Positions 1-8,861 of a DNA stretch of 49,867 nt are shown piece by piece. A program made the translations under genes and the position numbers. Location: NCBI GenBank assembly GCA_036337375.1, contig JAYZEI010000006.1, positions 1 to 49,867 of the forward strand, written 5' to 3'. Each line of letters begins with the position of its first letter. The first letter of the stretch is position 1. Origin of the DNA: Planctomycetota bacterium (GTDB lineage Bacteria; Planctomycetota; Planctomycetia; Pirellulales; UBA7805). The notes under the pieces were generated by a model that was not told where the DNA came from, did not search any database, and worked only from the letters and a program-made list of their open reading frames with translations.

Positions 1-9
1 GCAGCGGCG

Positions 10-765
10 ATGGCGACCGAAAAAGACAGTGCGTATGTGTTGCGGCTCGTTGATTTCAGTGAGAGCAGCAGCGTCGTCACGATGCTAACTCGAGATCACG
101 GACGAATCTCAGCCTTAGCCAAGGGCGCGTATCGGCGGAAAGGGCCGTTTGACTCTGCTCTTGACCTTTTAACGCGGTCTCGAATAGTGTTCCTCCGCAA
201 ATCGTCCGGCAGTTTGGACCTGTTGACCGAAGCAAAACTGCAGTGGCGGTTCCGTCCGCCAGGTCTCAGCCTCGCGCCGCTGTATGCAGGCTATTACCTG
301 GCCGAATTGCTGCTGAACCTGACCGGGGACTACGATCCACATCCGAAACTTTTCGATCTGACTGATAATATTTTGCAAGGCCTCGTGCAGGGCGATGAAG
401 TGATGCCGTCGGTATTGCGGTTTGAACTGCTGACACTGCGGCTATTGGGACATTTTCCGAACTTGGATACGTGCGTCGAATGCGGCGAACCGGTGCAGAT
501 GCGGGGACGTATTGCTTTTGGGCAATTGGCCGGCGGAGTTTTGTGCGGTAAGTGTCGTCCCGGTCGCCGGCAAGTGGTCTCGGCCACCGCAGCAATGTTG
601 CAGTTGATGAAAAATTTTTCCGACACGAATAACAACGATTGGCGGAAAACCCCGGTCGATCCGGCGGTTTGTGGCGAATTGCGAGGTCTGCTTACCCATT
701 ACATCACTCACTTGATCGGACACAAACCACGCATGTACCGTTACCTTGGCGGAGGAAGCAAGTAA
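10..765 (+). CDS. recO: DNA repair protein RecO
   Basis: 251-aa ORF. The N-terminal segment YVLRLVDFSESSSVVTMLTRDHGRISALAKGA is typical of the RecO OB fold, and a C-terminal CxxC...CxxC zinc motif is present (CVECGEP...CGKC). Confidence 0.85.
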   Translation: MATEKDSAYVLRLVDFSESSSVVTMLTRDHGRISALAKGAYRRKGPFDSALDLLTRSRIVFLRKSSGSLDLLTEAKLQWRFRPPGLSLAPLYAGYYLAELLLNLTGDYDPHPKLFDLTDNILQGLVQGDEVMPSVLRFELLTLRLLGHFPNLDTCVECGEPVQMRGRIAFGQLAGGVLCGKCRPGRRQVVSATAAMLQLMKNFSDTNNNDWRKTPVDPAVCGELRGLLTHYITHLIGHKPRMYRYLGGGSK

Positions 766-843
766 GGCGGACTTCAGTCTGCCGGCAACCGGGTTGAAAC
801 TCTATTTCTGCGAATACAATTCATCATTTTCTGGCTGGCACGG

Positions 844-2199
844 ATGTCAAAACGATCGCGAACATTAAAACGACTGCTTGCAACTCTGCTGCTGACGGTG
901 TCTGCAGGCTGCGCGACGACCTCTTCGCAGCCGACTGCGACGGTGCGAGGGCAGGGCGACGAAGGCATCGCTGCCGGTGCGAACGCCGGCAAGGATTTCT
1001 TAAATCGCATCACGGGGCGAGGCGCAATGGCCAACGTTCCCGTCGCAAACAAACTGCCGTGGTTTGGCGGTGCGAAGTCGAAAAGCGAACGGGAAGCGGA
1101 GGCTCATTTTTTCCGTGGCGATGATGCAACCCGGCAGGGGATTGACGCTCGTGAGCGAAAGGCGTTTCGCCAGGCGGTCAACGCATTTTCCCTCGCCCGC
1201 AAGGCATACCGCGAGGCCGCCAAAGCGTTTCCCGATTCGCCCCTGGAAGAAGATTCGCTATTCATGATTGCCGAATGTCAATTTTTCTCGGACGAATACG
1301 CCGATGCTTTCGAATCGTACGAAAAACTCATCGCCAAATTTAAAGGCACACGTCATTTGGACACAGTGGTCGCCCGACAGTTTGCTATGGGCCGCTATTG
1401 GCTCAACGACGAACTAAAGAATTCAACGTGGCGACTGCTGCCAAATTGGTCCGACGAAAAGCGGCCGATCATGGATACACAGGGCGCCGCGCTTCGCGCA
1501 TTGGAAAAGACCCGTCTTAATCTTCCTACCGGATCGCTGGCGGACGACAGCATTATGTTGACGTCCGGGTGGTACTTTTCGAATCGACAATTCAGAGACG
1601 CCGACTATTACTACACACTCATTCGCCGCGAGTATCCAAATAGCGAACATCAATTCGACGCACATGTACTGGGCATCCAATCAAAAATTCGTAGTTACCA
1701 AGGTTCCAACTACGACGGTACGGTGATGATCGAGGCTAAGGAGTTGATCGAGCAGACCCTGAAGCAGTTCACCGAGATACGACCCGAGGACCGCCAGCGG
1801 CTGATGAATTTGCACGCGCAGGTCAATCGAGCTTTAGCCCAGCGCGATTTTTCCTTAGCGGAGTATTATGCCGCCAAAGGTTACAACGGCGCGGCCCGCG
1901 TCTATTACGAACGAGTCGCAAGCAAATTTCCGCGTACGGAATTGGCTGCTAGGGCACGTGACCGTGACACCGCGACTCAGACCAAACCGACCGAGCCGCC
2001 ACGGCGGCTTACTTGGGTCTCAGCATTGTTCCCCGAAGAAGAAAAACAAACGCTGAAGATTCAACCCGAAAGACTGGCACAACCGCGGGCGTACGCCAAC
2101 GACCGAGAATATCGGGAAATCCGCCTCACGGGGGCCGGCGATGGAGACGTCGGCCGCACAGAAAACCATGCGGGCCAAGGTGACTCAAATTTCCGATGA
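844..2199 (+). CDS. TPR-like outer-membrane lipoprotein, BamD/YfiO-like (long form)
   Basis: A signal peptide ends in the lipobox LTVSAGC. The central region (AFSLARKAYREAAKAFPDSPLEEDSLFMIAECQFFSDEYADAFESYEKLIAKF) resembles BamD TPR repeats. The stop overlaps the next start (ATGA at 2196-2199). Confidence 0.5.
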   Translation: MSKRSRTLKRLLATLLLTVSAGCATTSSQPTATVRGQGDEGIAAGANAGKDFLNRITGRGAMANVPVANKLPWFGGAKSKSEREAEAHFFRGDDATRQGIDARERKAFRQAVNAFSLARKAYREAAKAFPDSPLEEDSLFMIAECQFFSDEYADAFESYEKLIAKFKGTRHLDTVVARQFAMGRYWLNDELKNSTWRLLPNWSDEKRPIMDTQGAALRALEKTRLNLPTGSLADDSIMLTSGWYFSNRQFRDADYYYTLIRREYPNSEHQFDAHVLGIQSKIRSYQGSNYDGTVMIEAKELIEQTLKQFTEIRPEDRQRLMNLHAQVNRALAQRDFSLAEYYAAKGYNGAARVYYERVASKFPRTELAARARDRDTATQTKPTEPPRRLTWVSALFPEEEKQTLKIQPERLAQPRAYANDREYREIRLTGAGDGDVGRTENHAGQGDSNFR

Positions 2200-2726
2200 C
2201 CACAAGACGTAATTGCTTCTGTGCGATAATTCTTCTGGCCAACGCACTAACCGGATGCGTTGGATATCAGTTCGGTGCACGGTCGATGTTTCCTCAACAC
2301 GTCCTCACCGTGCATGTTCCTGTGTTTGACTCAGAGACATTTCGCCGGGGGATGGGCGAATGGCTGACGGAGGCGGTTATCAAAGAAATCGAATCTCGGC
2401 CCGGATACAAGGTTGTTGGCCGTGCGCGGGCGGACATGATTCTTGAAGGAAGACTGATTGGTAACACGAAACGGGTTTTAGTCGAGAATCCTGACGATCA
2501 GCCCCGCGATATCCAGGTGACCGGTCGAGTACAGGTTCGTTGGGTGAACAACCGGGGTCAAGTAGTCGTGCCGACGACGGAAATCTCCGTGCCGGAACTG
2601 CTGAACGAAGTGCAGTTTGCGACCAGCCTGGTACCCGAAGTCGGCCACTCAAACGCGACCGCTCAGCAAAAGGTGATTCAGCAGGTCGCTAAGCAGATCG
2701 TAGCGACCGCGGAAATTCCGTGGTAG
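2196..2726 (+). CDS. LptE-like small lipoprotein (LPS-assembly lipoprotein family), tentative
   Basis: 176 aa with lipobox LTGC followed by VGYQFG. Its size and beta-rich pattern (ILEGRLIG...VTGRVQVRWVN) resemble LptE/RlpB. It is translationally coupled to the upstream BamD-like gene. Confidence 0.4.
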   Translation: MTTRRNCFCAIILLANALTGCVGYQFGARSMFPQHVLTVHVPVFDSETFRRGMGEWLTEAVIKEIESRPGYKVVGRARADMILEGRLIGNTKRVLVENPDDQPRDIQVTGRVQVRWVNNRGQVVVPTTEISVPELLNEVQFATSLVPEVGHSNATAQQKVIQQVAKQIVATAEIPW

Positions 2727-2766
2727 ACGTTTGGGTTTGCCGATGGCGAACAGATAGTGCGGGATG

Positions 2767-2786
2767 TTTTCCGGGTTCCCGGAAAA
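2767..2786. repeat. 20-nt perfect palindrome TTTTCCGGG-TT-CCCGGAAAA in an intergenic region
   Basis: Read directly from the sequence. It lies 40 nt downstream of the LptE-like stop. No U-tract follows on the + strand, so it may be an operator or a weak hairpin rather than a classic terminator. Confidence 0.6.
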
Positions 2787-3097
2787 AGGAGCAACGCGAC
2801 AGCGAACACAAGTTCGGCTGATGAGAAATAGCGGCGTGTTGGCGAATACCTGCTGACAGACGTCGTTAACTGAGAAGAGCGACGCCGCTTACGGTCGACT
2901 CGCAACGCCTGACGCAGCCCGCGTTGCCGATTCGAGCTTGCGGTTACTTTGTTCTCGGGTTGGCGGCGGACCACTGGAAAAACGCATTTTAACCGTCTAT
3001 TCCTCTGGCGTTTTTCTGGAGTCGATCCGGAAGATTTACCGATTATATAGGTTGTACCGTCTGCGCAAGACAGCCAACCTGAGCGAAAGAAGCACGC

Positions 3098-3943
3098 ATG
3101 TCACTTGTTCGTAATCCTCGGGAATCCGGCAGGAAGTGTTGTACCTGCGGCGGTGACCGGTTTCGCCTATTACACGAATGGGAAACCGACCATCCGCGGA
3201 ACTCGGCTAACATTCCACTCAGTGTTTGGCAGTGCCAATGTGGCTTGGCGATATTGCATCCGATACCGACCGCCGAGCAATTGCCCGCCAGCGGCGATTG
3301 GTGGACCAAGGAAAGACAGTTCCTCAAGCGCCGCGCTTGGATCAAGACAATTCGCAAGCCGCTGCAAAATCTGATCTTTGGGGAACAGAAAATGCGGTTT
3401 GTGCGACAAACAAGACGCGCCATCGCTGCGGGCAAGTTGCTGGACATTGGCTGCGGATCTGGATCACTTTTACGACACGCAAAGCGCTGGTTCAAGTGTG
3501 AAGGCGTCGAGCCGTCGGCCGGGGCCGCCACAGAATGCAGAAAACAAGGGCTGGAAGTAACAAATGGATTCTTTGAGGAAGTCGATCTTCCGGCCGAGTC
3601 CTACGACGTTGTTACGATGTACGCCGTCCTTGAACATGTTTACGATCCGGTCAAAGTTCTCAGCAAAGCGAACCATATCTTGAAGCCTAATGGCATCGTG
3701 GCCATCAAGGTTCCAAAACTCTACGGTCCTGCGCATCGCATACATGGTCGCGAGTGGAACGGGTTTCGCATCGGATATCACACTTACTTGTTCACGGGCG
3801 CAACACTAGCCGCCGCGCTGAATGCAGCCGGCTTTGAAGTACTCACAACTCCAAAGAGAGATCGTGCACTCGACGATATCCTGATCCTTTGGGGAACGAA
3901 AAAAAGGTTGCCGCAGTCGAGCCGCTCCGACAAGGCAGCATAA
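3098..3943 (+). CDS. Class I SAM-dependent methyltransferase with N-terminal Cys-rich (zinc-ribbon-like) segment
   Basis: SAM-binding motif I LLDIGCGSGSLL. Downstream acidic and hydrophobic motifs (YDVVTMYAVLEHVYDP, LKPNGIVAI). N-terminal CCTCGG...CQCG cysteines. Confidence 0.8.
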   Translation: MSLVRNPRESGRKCCTCGGDRFRLLHEWETDHPRNSANIPLSVWQCQCGLAILHPIPTAEQLPASGDWWTKERQFLKRRAWIKTIRKPLQNLIFGEQKMRFVRQTRRAIAAGKLLDIGCGSGSLLRHAKRWFKCEGVEPSAGAATECRKQGLEVTNGFFEEVDLPAESYDVVTMYAVLEHVYDPVKVLSKANHILKPNGIVAIKVPKLYGPAHRIHGREWNGFRIGYHTYLFTGATLAAALNAAGFEVLTTPKRDRALDDILILWGTKKRLPQSSRSDKAA

Positions 3944-3995
3944 GACGTTCGAGCCAAATTTCACTAAGGAAACTGACGCAACGAGAAAGTCGGAA

Positions 3996-4760
3996 ATGAT
4001 TCAAGCAACCTTACCGCCTAAAACACAAAACACGCATGCAATCGTTGACCATATGACCGGTGCGTTACGGAATGCGGACGCCACAGACAAGCCATTTTCC
4101 AACTTGTTCGCCCAGAATATTTTCCCGCAGAATCTGTACCGCAAACTCTTGGCAAACATTCCGGATCCAGCTACGTACGAACCTATTTACGGCAAGCAAC
4201 TTCCGGATGGCACGTATCCACGCACGTATTATCAGCTTGATGGCAAAGGGCTGGCGAATCTTCCGGAGCACCAGCGAGCGGTATGGGAAGTCGTGGTCGA
4301 TGCTTTGTTGAGCGACGAATTCAAAGACTCCGTATTCGCACGACTCCGGAAAGATCTGCAGTTTCGCTTTCGAACCAGAAACATCGAGTCCATCGCCGCG
4401 TCGCCGAGGCCGCGGATCGTGCGCGATACGGCCGGTTACAAAATTGATCCGCATCCGGATACCCGCAAGAAGGCCGTCACCATGATGATCTACTTGCCGA
4501 ACGATCACTCCCAGCGCGAACTGGGAACGTCACTTTACCGAATCCGGCCCAGCTTGCGGGGTCTGACATCCAATCGGGGTTGGTTCAAAGAGGTCAAACG
4601 GTTTCCTTTTCTGCCGAATAGCGGCTTTGCATTCGCCGTCAACAACTGTCTGCGCAAGAAGAGTTGGCACGGCCGCGAGCAACTTGCCGAGAATGCCGGA
4701 GAGCGCCTGTCGCTGGTGACAACATTTTATCTACCGGGAACCGTCGAATACGTTCGCTAA
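3996..4760 (+). CDS. Hypothetical protein, possible 2OG-Fe(II) oxygenase-like fold
   Basis: HxD...H pattern (YKIDPHPDTRKKAVTMMIYLP ... KSWHGRE), as in 2OG-Fe(II) oxygenase families. The assignment is weak and motif-level only. Confidence 0.4.
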   Translation: MIQATLPPKTQNTHAIVDHMTGALRNADATDKPFSNLFAQNIFPQNLYRKLLANIPDPATYEPIYGKQLPDGTYPRTYYQLDGKGLANLPEHQRAVWEVVVDALLSDEFKDSVFARLRKDLQFRFRTRNIESIAASPRPRIVRDTAGYKIDPHPDTRKKAVTMMIYLPNDHSQRELGTSLYRIRPSLRGLTSNRGWFKEVKRFPFLPNSGFAFAVNNCLRKKSWHGREQLAENAGERLSLVTTFYLPGTVEYVR

Positions 4761-4799
4761 TCGAGTAACACGCCGGACAGGCGAAACCGCTTTTCCGCC

Positions 4800-6284
4800 A
4801 TGACATTTACCAGTCTCGTCTTTCTGCTTTTCCTGCCGACGGTCCTCGCGGTCTACTGGTTGCTGGGCAGGCGTTGCCTGCAAAATTCCCTGCTTGTTCT
4901 GGCCAGTTACTTTTTCTATGGCTGGTGGGACGTTCGCTTTTGCGGGCTGATGCTGATTTCCAGTTTGGTCGATTTCGGCATCGGCCTGAGTATGGACCGG
5001 TCTCAATCGGATCGCACGAGAAAGTGGTTACTTTGGTTGAGCATTGGCTGTAACCTCGGACTGCTTGCCGCCTTCAAATATGCGAATTTTTTCCTCGACA
5101 GTTTCCGGCAATTCGGCGATCTATTCGGCTTTAACATGTCCAGCGGAACGTTGGAAATCGTGCTGCCTGTCGGCATCAGTTTCTATACGTTTCAGACATT
5201 GAGCTACACGATCGACATCTATCGTCGTCGGCTCCAACCAACCAAAATTCTGGTCGATTACCTAGCGTTCGTTTCGTTCTTTCCGCAGTTGGTCGCCGGT
5301 CCGATTGAACGCGCATCACGTCTGTTGCCGCAGTTTCAGCAATCCCGGTCGTTCGATGGAGCAGCATTCGCGTGTGGTTTACGACGGATTCTTTGGGGAT
5401 TTTTCAAGAAGATCGTCATTGCCGATTCGTTGGCTGGTCTGGTGACCGAGGCCTATGCGAATCCAGCCTCCGCGTCAGGGCCACAGTTATTTCTGGCGAC
5501 CGTGCTATTTTCCTTTCAAATTTATTGTGACTTCAGCGCCTACTCCGATATCGCGATCGGTACAGCTCGGCTATTCAACATTCGACTTATGCAGAACTTC
5601 GCCTATCCCTATTTTTCACAGAGTCTTGGGGAATTTTGGCAGCGTTGGCACATTTCGCTTTCCACCTGGTTTCGGGACTATGTCTACATTCCGCTCGGTG
5701 GCAATCGTGGGTCGGCCGCCCGCCGCGGGTGGAATGTCGTGTTGACGTTCTTGGTGAGTGGATTGTGGCACGGAGCTGCTTGGCGATTCGTCGCCTGGGG
5801 CGCTCTACACGGTGCGACGCTGACCTGCGGCAGGCGCGGCAATCCATCCCCAGGTAAGGAAAATCGGCACAAAACGACCCCGGAAGAACGCCCAGGTGGC
5901 GAGCGACTTGTGCCCACGCTAGGAACCTTGGCCCGCATGTTGACCGTATTCGTTGTCGTTTGCCTGTTTTGGGTTTTCTTTCGCGCCAATTCGCTCGCAG
6001 ACGCGCTGCTGATTTTTCAAAAGATCGTCGCCGATATTTTCAACTTCGGTGCCTATCAAGCCGTTTGGCAGGGATACATTTTGCGCGGACCACTATTTCA
6101 CGTCGCGAACGTGCTGATCGTCTTTGTGCTCATTGAATGGTGTCACCGGCACATGCCGTATCCGCTACAGATCGATCACTGGCCAAAGCCCTCCAGATGG
6201 GTAGCGTATACGTTGGTGTTTTGGTTCGTTGCCGAATACGCAGACACCGCGCCGGCGAATCCGTTTATTTATTTCCAGTTTTGA
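4800..6284 (+). CDS. MBOAT-family membrane O-acyltransferase (AlgI/PatA/DltB-like)
   Basis: Polytopic membrane protein with MBOAT hallmarks FYTFQTLSYTIDIYRR, WHISLSTWFRDYVYIPLGGNR and GLWHGAAW (conserved His). Confidence 0.85.
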   Translation: MTFTSLVFLLFLPTVLAVYWLLGRRCLQNSLLVLASYFFYGWWDVRFCGLMLISSLVDFGIGLSMDRSQSDRTRKWLLWLSIGCNLGLLAAFKYANFFLDSFRQFGDLFGFNMSSGTLEIVLPVGISFYTFQTLSYTIDIYRRRLQPTKILVDYLAFVSFFPQLVAGPIERASRLLPQFQQSRSFDGAAFACGLRRILWGFFKKIVIADSLAGLVTEAYANPASASGPQLFLATVLFSFQIYCDFSAYSDIAIGTARLFNIRLMQNFAYPYFSQSLGEFWQRWHISLSTWFRDYVYIPLGGNRGSAARRGWNVVLTFLVSGLWHGAAWRFVAWGALHGATLTCGRRGNPSPGKENRHKTTPEERPGGERLVPTLGTLARMLTVFVVVCLFWVFFRANSLADALLIFQKIVADIFNFGAYQAVWQGYILRGPLFHVANVLIVFVLIEWCHRHMPYPLQIDHWPKPSRWVAYTLVFWFVAEYADTAPANPFIYFQF

Positions 6285-6326
6285 AAAGTCATACAACCGG
6301 CAACTGCACCCCACGGAAGACACACA

Positions 6327-7526
6327 TTGAGTTCACGAGTCAAAAAAGTCGGTGAAAACATTCTTACAGCCTTGCTCGTTTTGTTGACGTTGGAGGCGGC
6401 AACGCGATGTTTCTCTGAGACAGAGCCGCCGATCTTCGAACGCGACAACTTGATTGGCCGCCGTTTTAGACCGTCGTTAAGCGAATACGTACACAACGCC
6501 GAATGTGGCAAAGATATTTTCATCAAAACGAACCGCTTCGGTTTTCGCGATGATGAATGGCGGCACCAGAAGCCGCTCAACACTCGTCGGGTAGCGGTGT
6601 TAGGCGACTCGTACGTTGCCGCCGAAGCCGTTAACAACGAAGGGTTGATGACGACGCATCTGCAGGATCTGCTCAACGAGGTCGATTCCGCCGCAGAGTG
6701 GGAGGTCATGAATTTCGGCATCACGGGTTCCAGCACCGGTCAACAATTGAGCCTTTATCGAGAGGTCGTGTCGAAGTTTCATCCGGATGCGGTCGTCATC
6801 GCGTTTGGTACAGGTTCCGACGTTACCGACAACAGTCGCGAATTGAGCAGTAGCCTCATTGATCGATATGATTTGGACAGCAAAGGCCGGCTGCAAAAGA
6901 TCCCGCCGTCGAGTACGCGGGCGACGGCTTCAAAAATGCTGGGCCAGATAAGCCGGTTCTACGTTTGGCAACAAAATAAATGGCGAGCATTAATCAGCCC
7001 GCTCCGCAAGAATCGTCTCAACAACCGCAACCGTGTTTACTGCACCGTCAAGTCTGCAAAGTTTCGGCGGGCGTGGCAACTTACCGAGGCGATCCTCACA
7101 GCTTTGCGGGACGATACGACCTCACATGGAGCCCAATTATTCATCGTGCCGCTTCCCACTGCACCCCAGATTTATTCCGATCAGTTCGCAAAAATCTCGC
7201 AGCTTGCCGACGACCCCTCCGTCTTCGACGCGGAACATCCAAACCACTGCTTGCAAGAGATTTGTGTCCGGCTGGAGATTACTTATCACTCAATGGTCCG
7301 CGACTTTCGCCGCCGCGCGCCGTCCCGTTCGTCGGAGATTGAAAGCGAATGGTTGTTCTTCAATGGAGCCGGCCATCTGAACAAAAGCGGGCATCTGGCG
7401 GCCGCAGAGAGCTTGGCGGACGCTCTCGTTCAATCTTTCTCGGGAAACGGAGAAGGTGAATCTGCCGAGTCGACTGCCGCGGTCATCGGCGGCACCTCGC
7501 CGAAATCCATCAAGAGACTTCGGTAA
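6327..7526 (+). CDS. SGNH/GDSL-type hydrolase/acyltransferase partner of MBOAT (AlgJ/PatB-like)
   Basis: N-terminal membrane anchor, GDS block (RRVAVLGDSYVAAEA) and a C-terminal GHLNKSGH block. It lies directly downstream of the MBOAT gene. The apparent start is TTG, so the start is uncertain. Confidence 0.6.
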   Translation: MSSRVKKVGENILTALLVLLTLEAATRCFSETEPPIFERDNLIGRRFRPSLSEYVHNAECGKDIFIKTNRFGFRDDEWRHQKPLNTRRVAVLGDSYVAAEAVNNEGLMTTHLQDLLNEVDSAAEWEVMNFGITGSSTGQQLSLYREVVSKFHPDAVVIAFGTGSDVTDNSRELSSSLIDRYDLDSKGRLQKIPPSSTRATASKMLGQISRFYVWQQNKWRALISPLRKNRLNNRNRVYCTVKSAKFRRAWQLTEAILTALRDDTTSHGAQLFIVPLPTAPQIYSDQFAKISQLADDPSVFDAEHPNHCLQEICVRLEITYHSMVRDFRRRAPSRSSEIESEWLFFNGAGHLNKSGHLAAAESLADALVQSFSGNGEGESAESTAAVIGGTSPKSIKRLR

Positions 7527-7866
7527 CATAACTGGCTCGCTCTCCAACCATCCAATTCCGACGATCCGGTGTCGACCAGCTACGCACGGGCAGGCCCCGT
7601 AATTCTCTGCCGTGGAGAGAGACCCGAGGTTGACGGCAGCAAATGGCTGGCAGAAACACCATCTTGTGCCGGCAGATATCGGTGCAGATGTCTTAGGACA
7701 GCCACGTCCACCAATAGCGACGTCAAAAAGTTGATCGCTTCAACCACAAATCAAAACGCAAGCGTGCGGCCCCAATTTACGTATTTCATTGTCTTTGTCG
7801 GTAAACTTTGCGGTAACACTAGGTGAGGAATTCGCACTGACTACAATCTTGGTGCTCCTGCGTGGT

Positions 7867-8763
7867 ATGCTGCAGTGCATGAGCGATTCTTCAGCGGCAG
7901 CTTCCCTGCAATTCTCGAATCGTGCAACGCAGTGGCGGCTGCGGAGTCGGACGGTGGAGTTACCACGCCGGCCGCTGCTGATGGGGATCGTCAACGTTAC
8001 GCCCGATAGTTTTTCTGACGGCGGTCAATTCGCGAACCACGAATCAGCAATCGAGCAGGCCCTAGCATTGGAAGCGGGCGGCGCGGATCTTTTGGATATT
8101 GGCGGCGAGAGCACACGACCGTATTCCGAACCGGTCGAAGAGCAGGTGGAACTCGATCGAGTGCTGCCCGTCGTTTCTGCGGTGGTGCGACAGTGCACAG
8201 TCCCAATTTCGATTGACACCAGCAAAGCGGCGGTTGCCAGAGCCTGCCTGGACGCCGGCGCGGAGATCATCAACGACATCACGGGGCTGGAAAGTGCCGA
8301 GATGGTCGTGCTCGCAGCCGACACCGACGCCGCTGTCTGCGCCATGCACATGCAGGGAACACCGCAGACGATGCAAGACGATCCGAGCTATGATGATGTC
8401 GTCGAAGATATTTTAGGACACCTTCGCCGCCGTCGCGACACGCTAGTCGAAGGTGGGATCGATCCAGGCCGCATCTGCCTTGATCCGGGAATTGGTTTCG
8501 GCAAGACGCACCAGCACAATCTCGATCTTCTGGCCTCCTCCGGCCGCTTCCACGAACTCGGGTGTCCGATCCTGGTCGGTCATTCACGAAAAGGGTTCAT
8601 CGCCAAGGTACTTGGAGACAGGGAGGCGGACCGCACAGCGGGCACGATTGGTGTCGCGCTTTCGCTGGCCCGACAGGGAATTCAAATCATTCGGGTACAC
8701 GATGTCGCCCCAGTACGCGAAGCGCTGTTGTTGTTCGACGCCTCTGGAGGACTGCTTCCGTGA
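7867..8763 (+). CDS. folP: Dihydropteroate synthase
   Basis: Classic pterin-binding motifs LMGIVNVTPDSFSDGG, DIGGESTRP, ISIDT, INDI and DPGIGFGK. The track ORF begins at a TTG (7789); the ATGs at 7867 and 7879 are more plausible starts. Confidence 0.9.
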   Translation: MLQCMSDSSAAASLQFSNRATQWRLRSRTVELPRRPLLMGIVNVTPDSFSDGGQFANHESAIEQALALEAGGADLLDIGGESTRPYSEPVEEQVELDRVLPVVSAVVRQCTVPISIDTSKAAVARACLDAGAEIINDITGLESAEMVVLAADTDAAVCAMHMQGTPQTMQDDPSYDDVVEDILGHLRRRRDTLVEGGIDPGRICLDPGIGFGKTHQHNLDLLASSGRFHELGCPILVGHSRKGFIAKVLGDREADRTAGTIGVALSLARQGIQIIRVHDVAPVREALLLFDASGGLLP

Positions 8764-8861
8764 CCCCTGCGGGGAAAGGTGGGGCAGCGAGGTTCCGGCC
8801 GAGCAAAAGTTTGGCCGGGCGGGATCCGCCTTCACCTGCCGATTTCATCGGCTTGCCGCCC

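Noticed and set aside
2678-2974. A 98-aa minus-strand ORF in the LptE-like / methyltransferase intergenic region.
   Set aside because: It has an Arg/Ser-rich composition, overlaps the LptE-like 3' end, and has no motifs or RBS.
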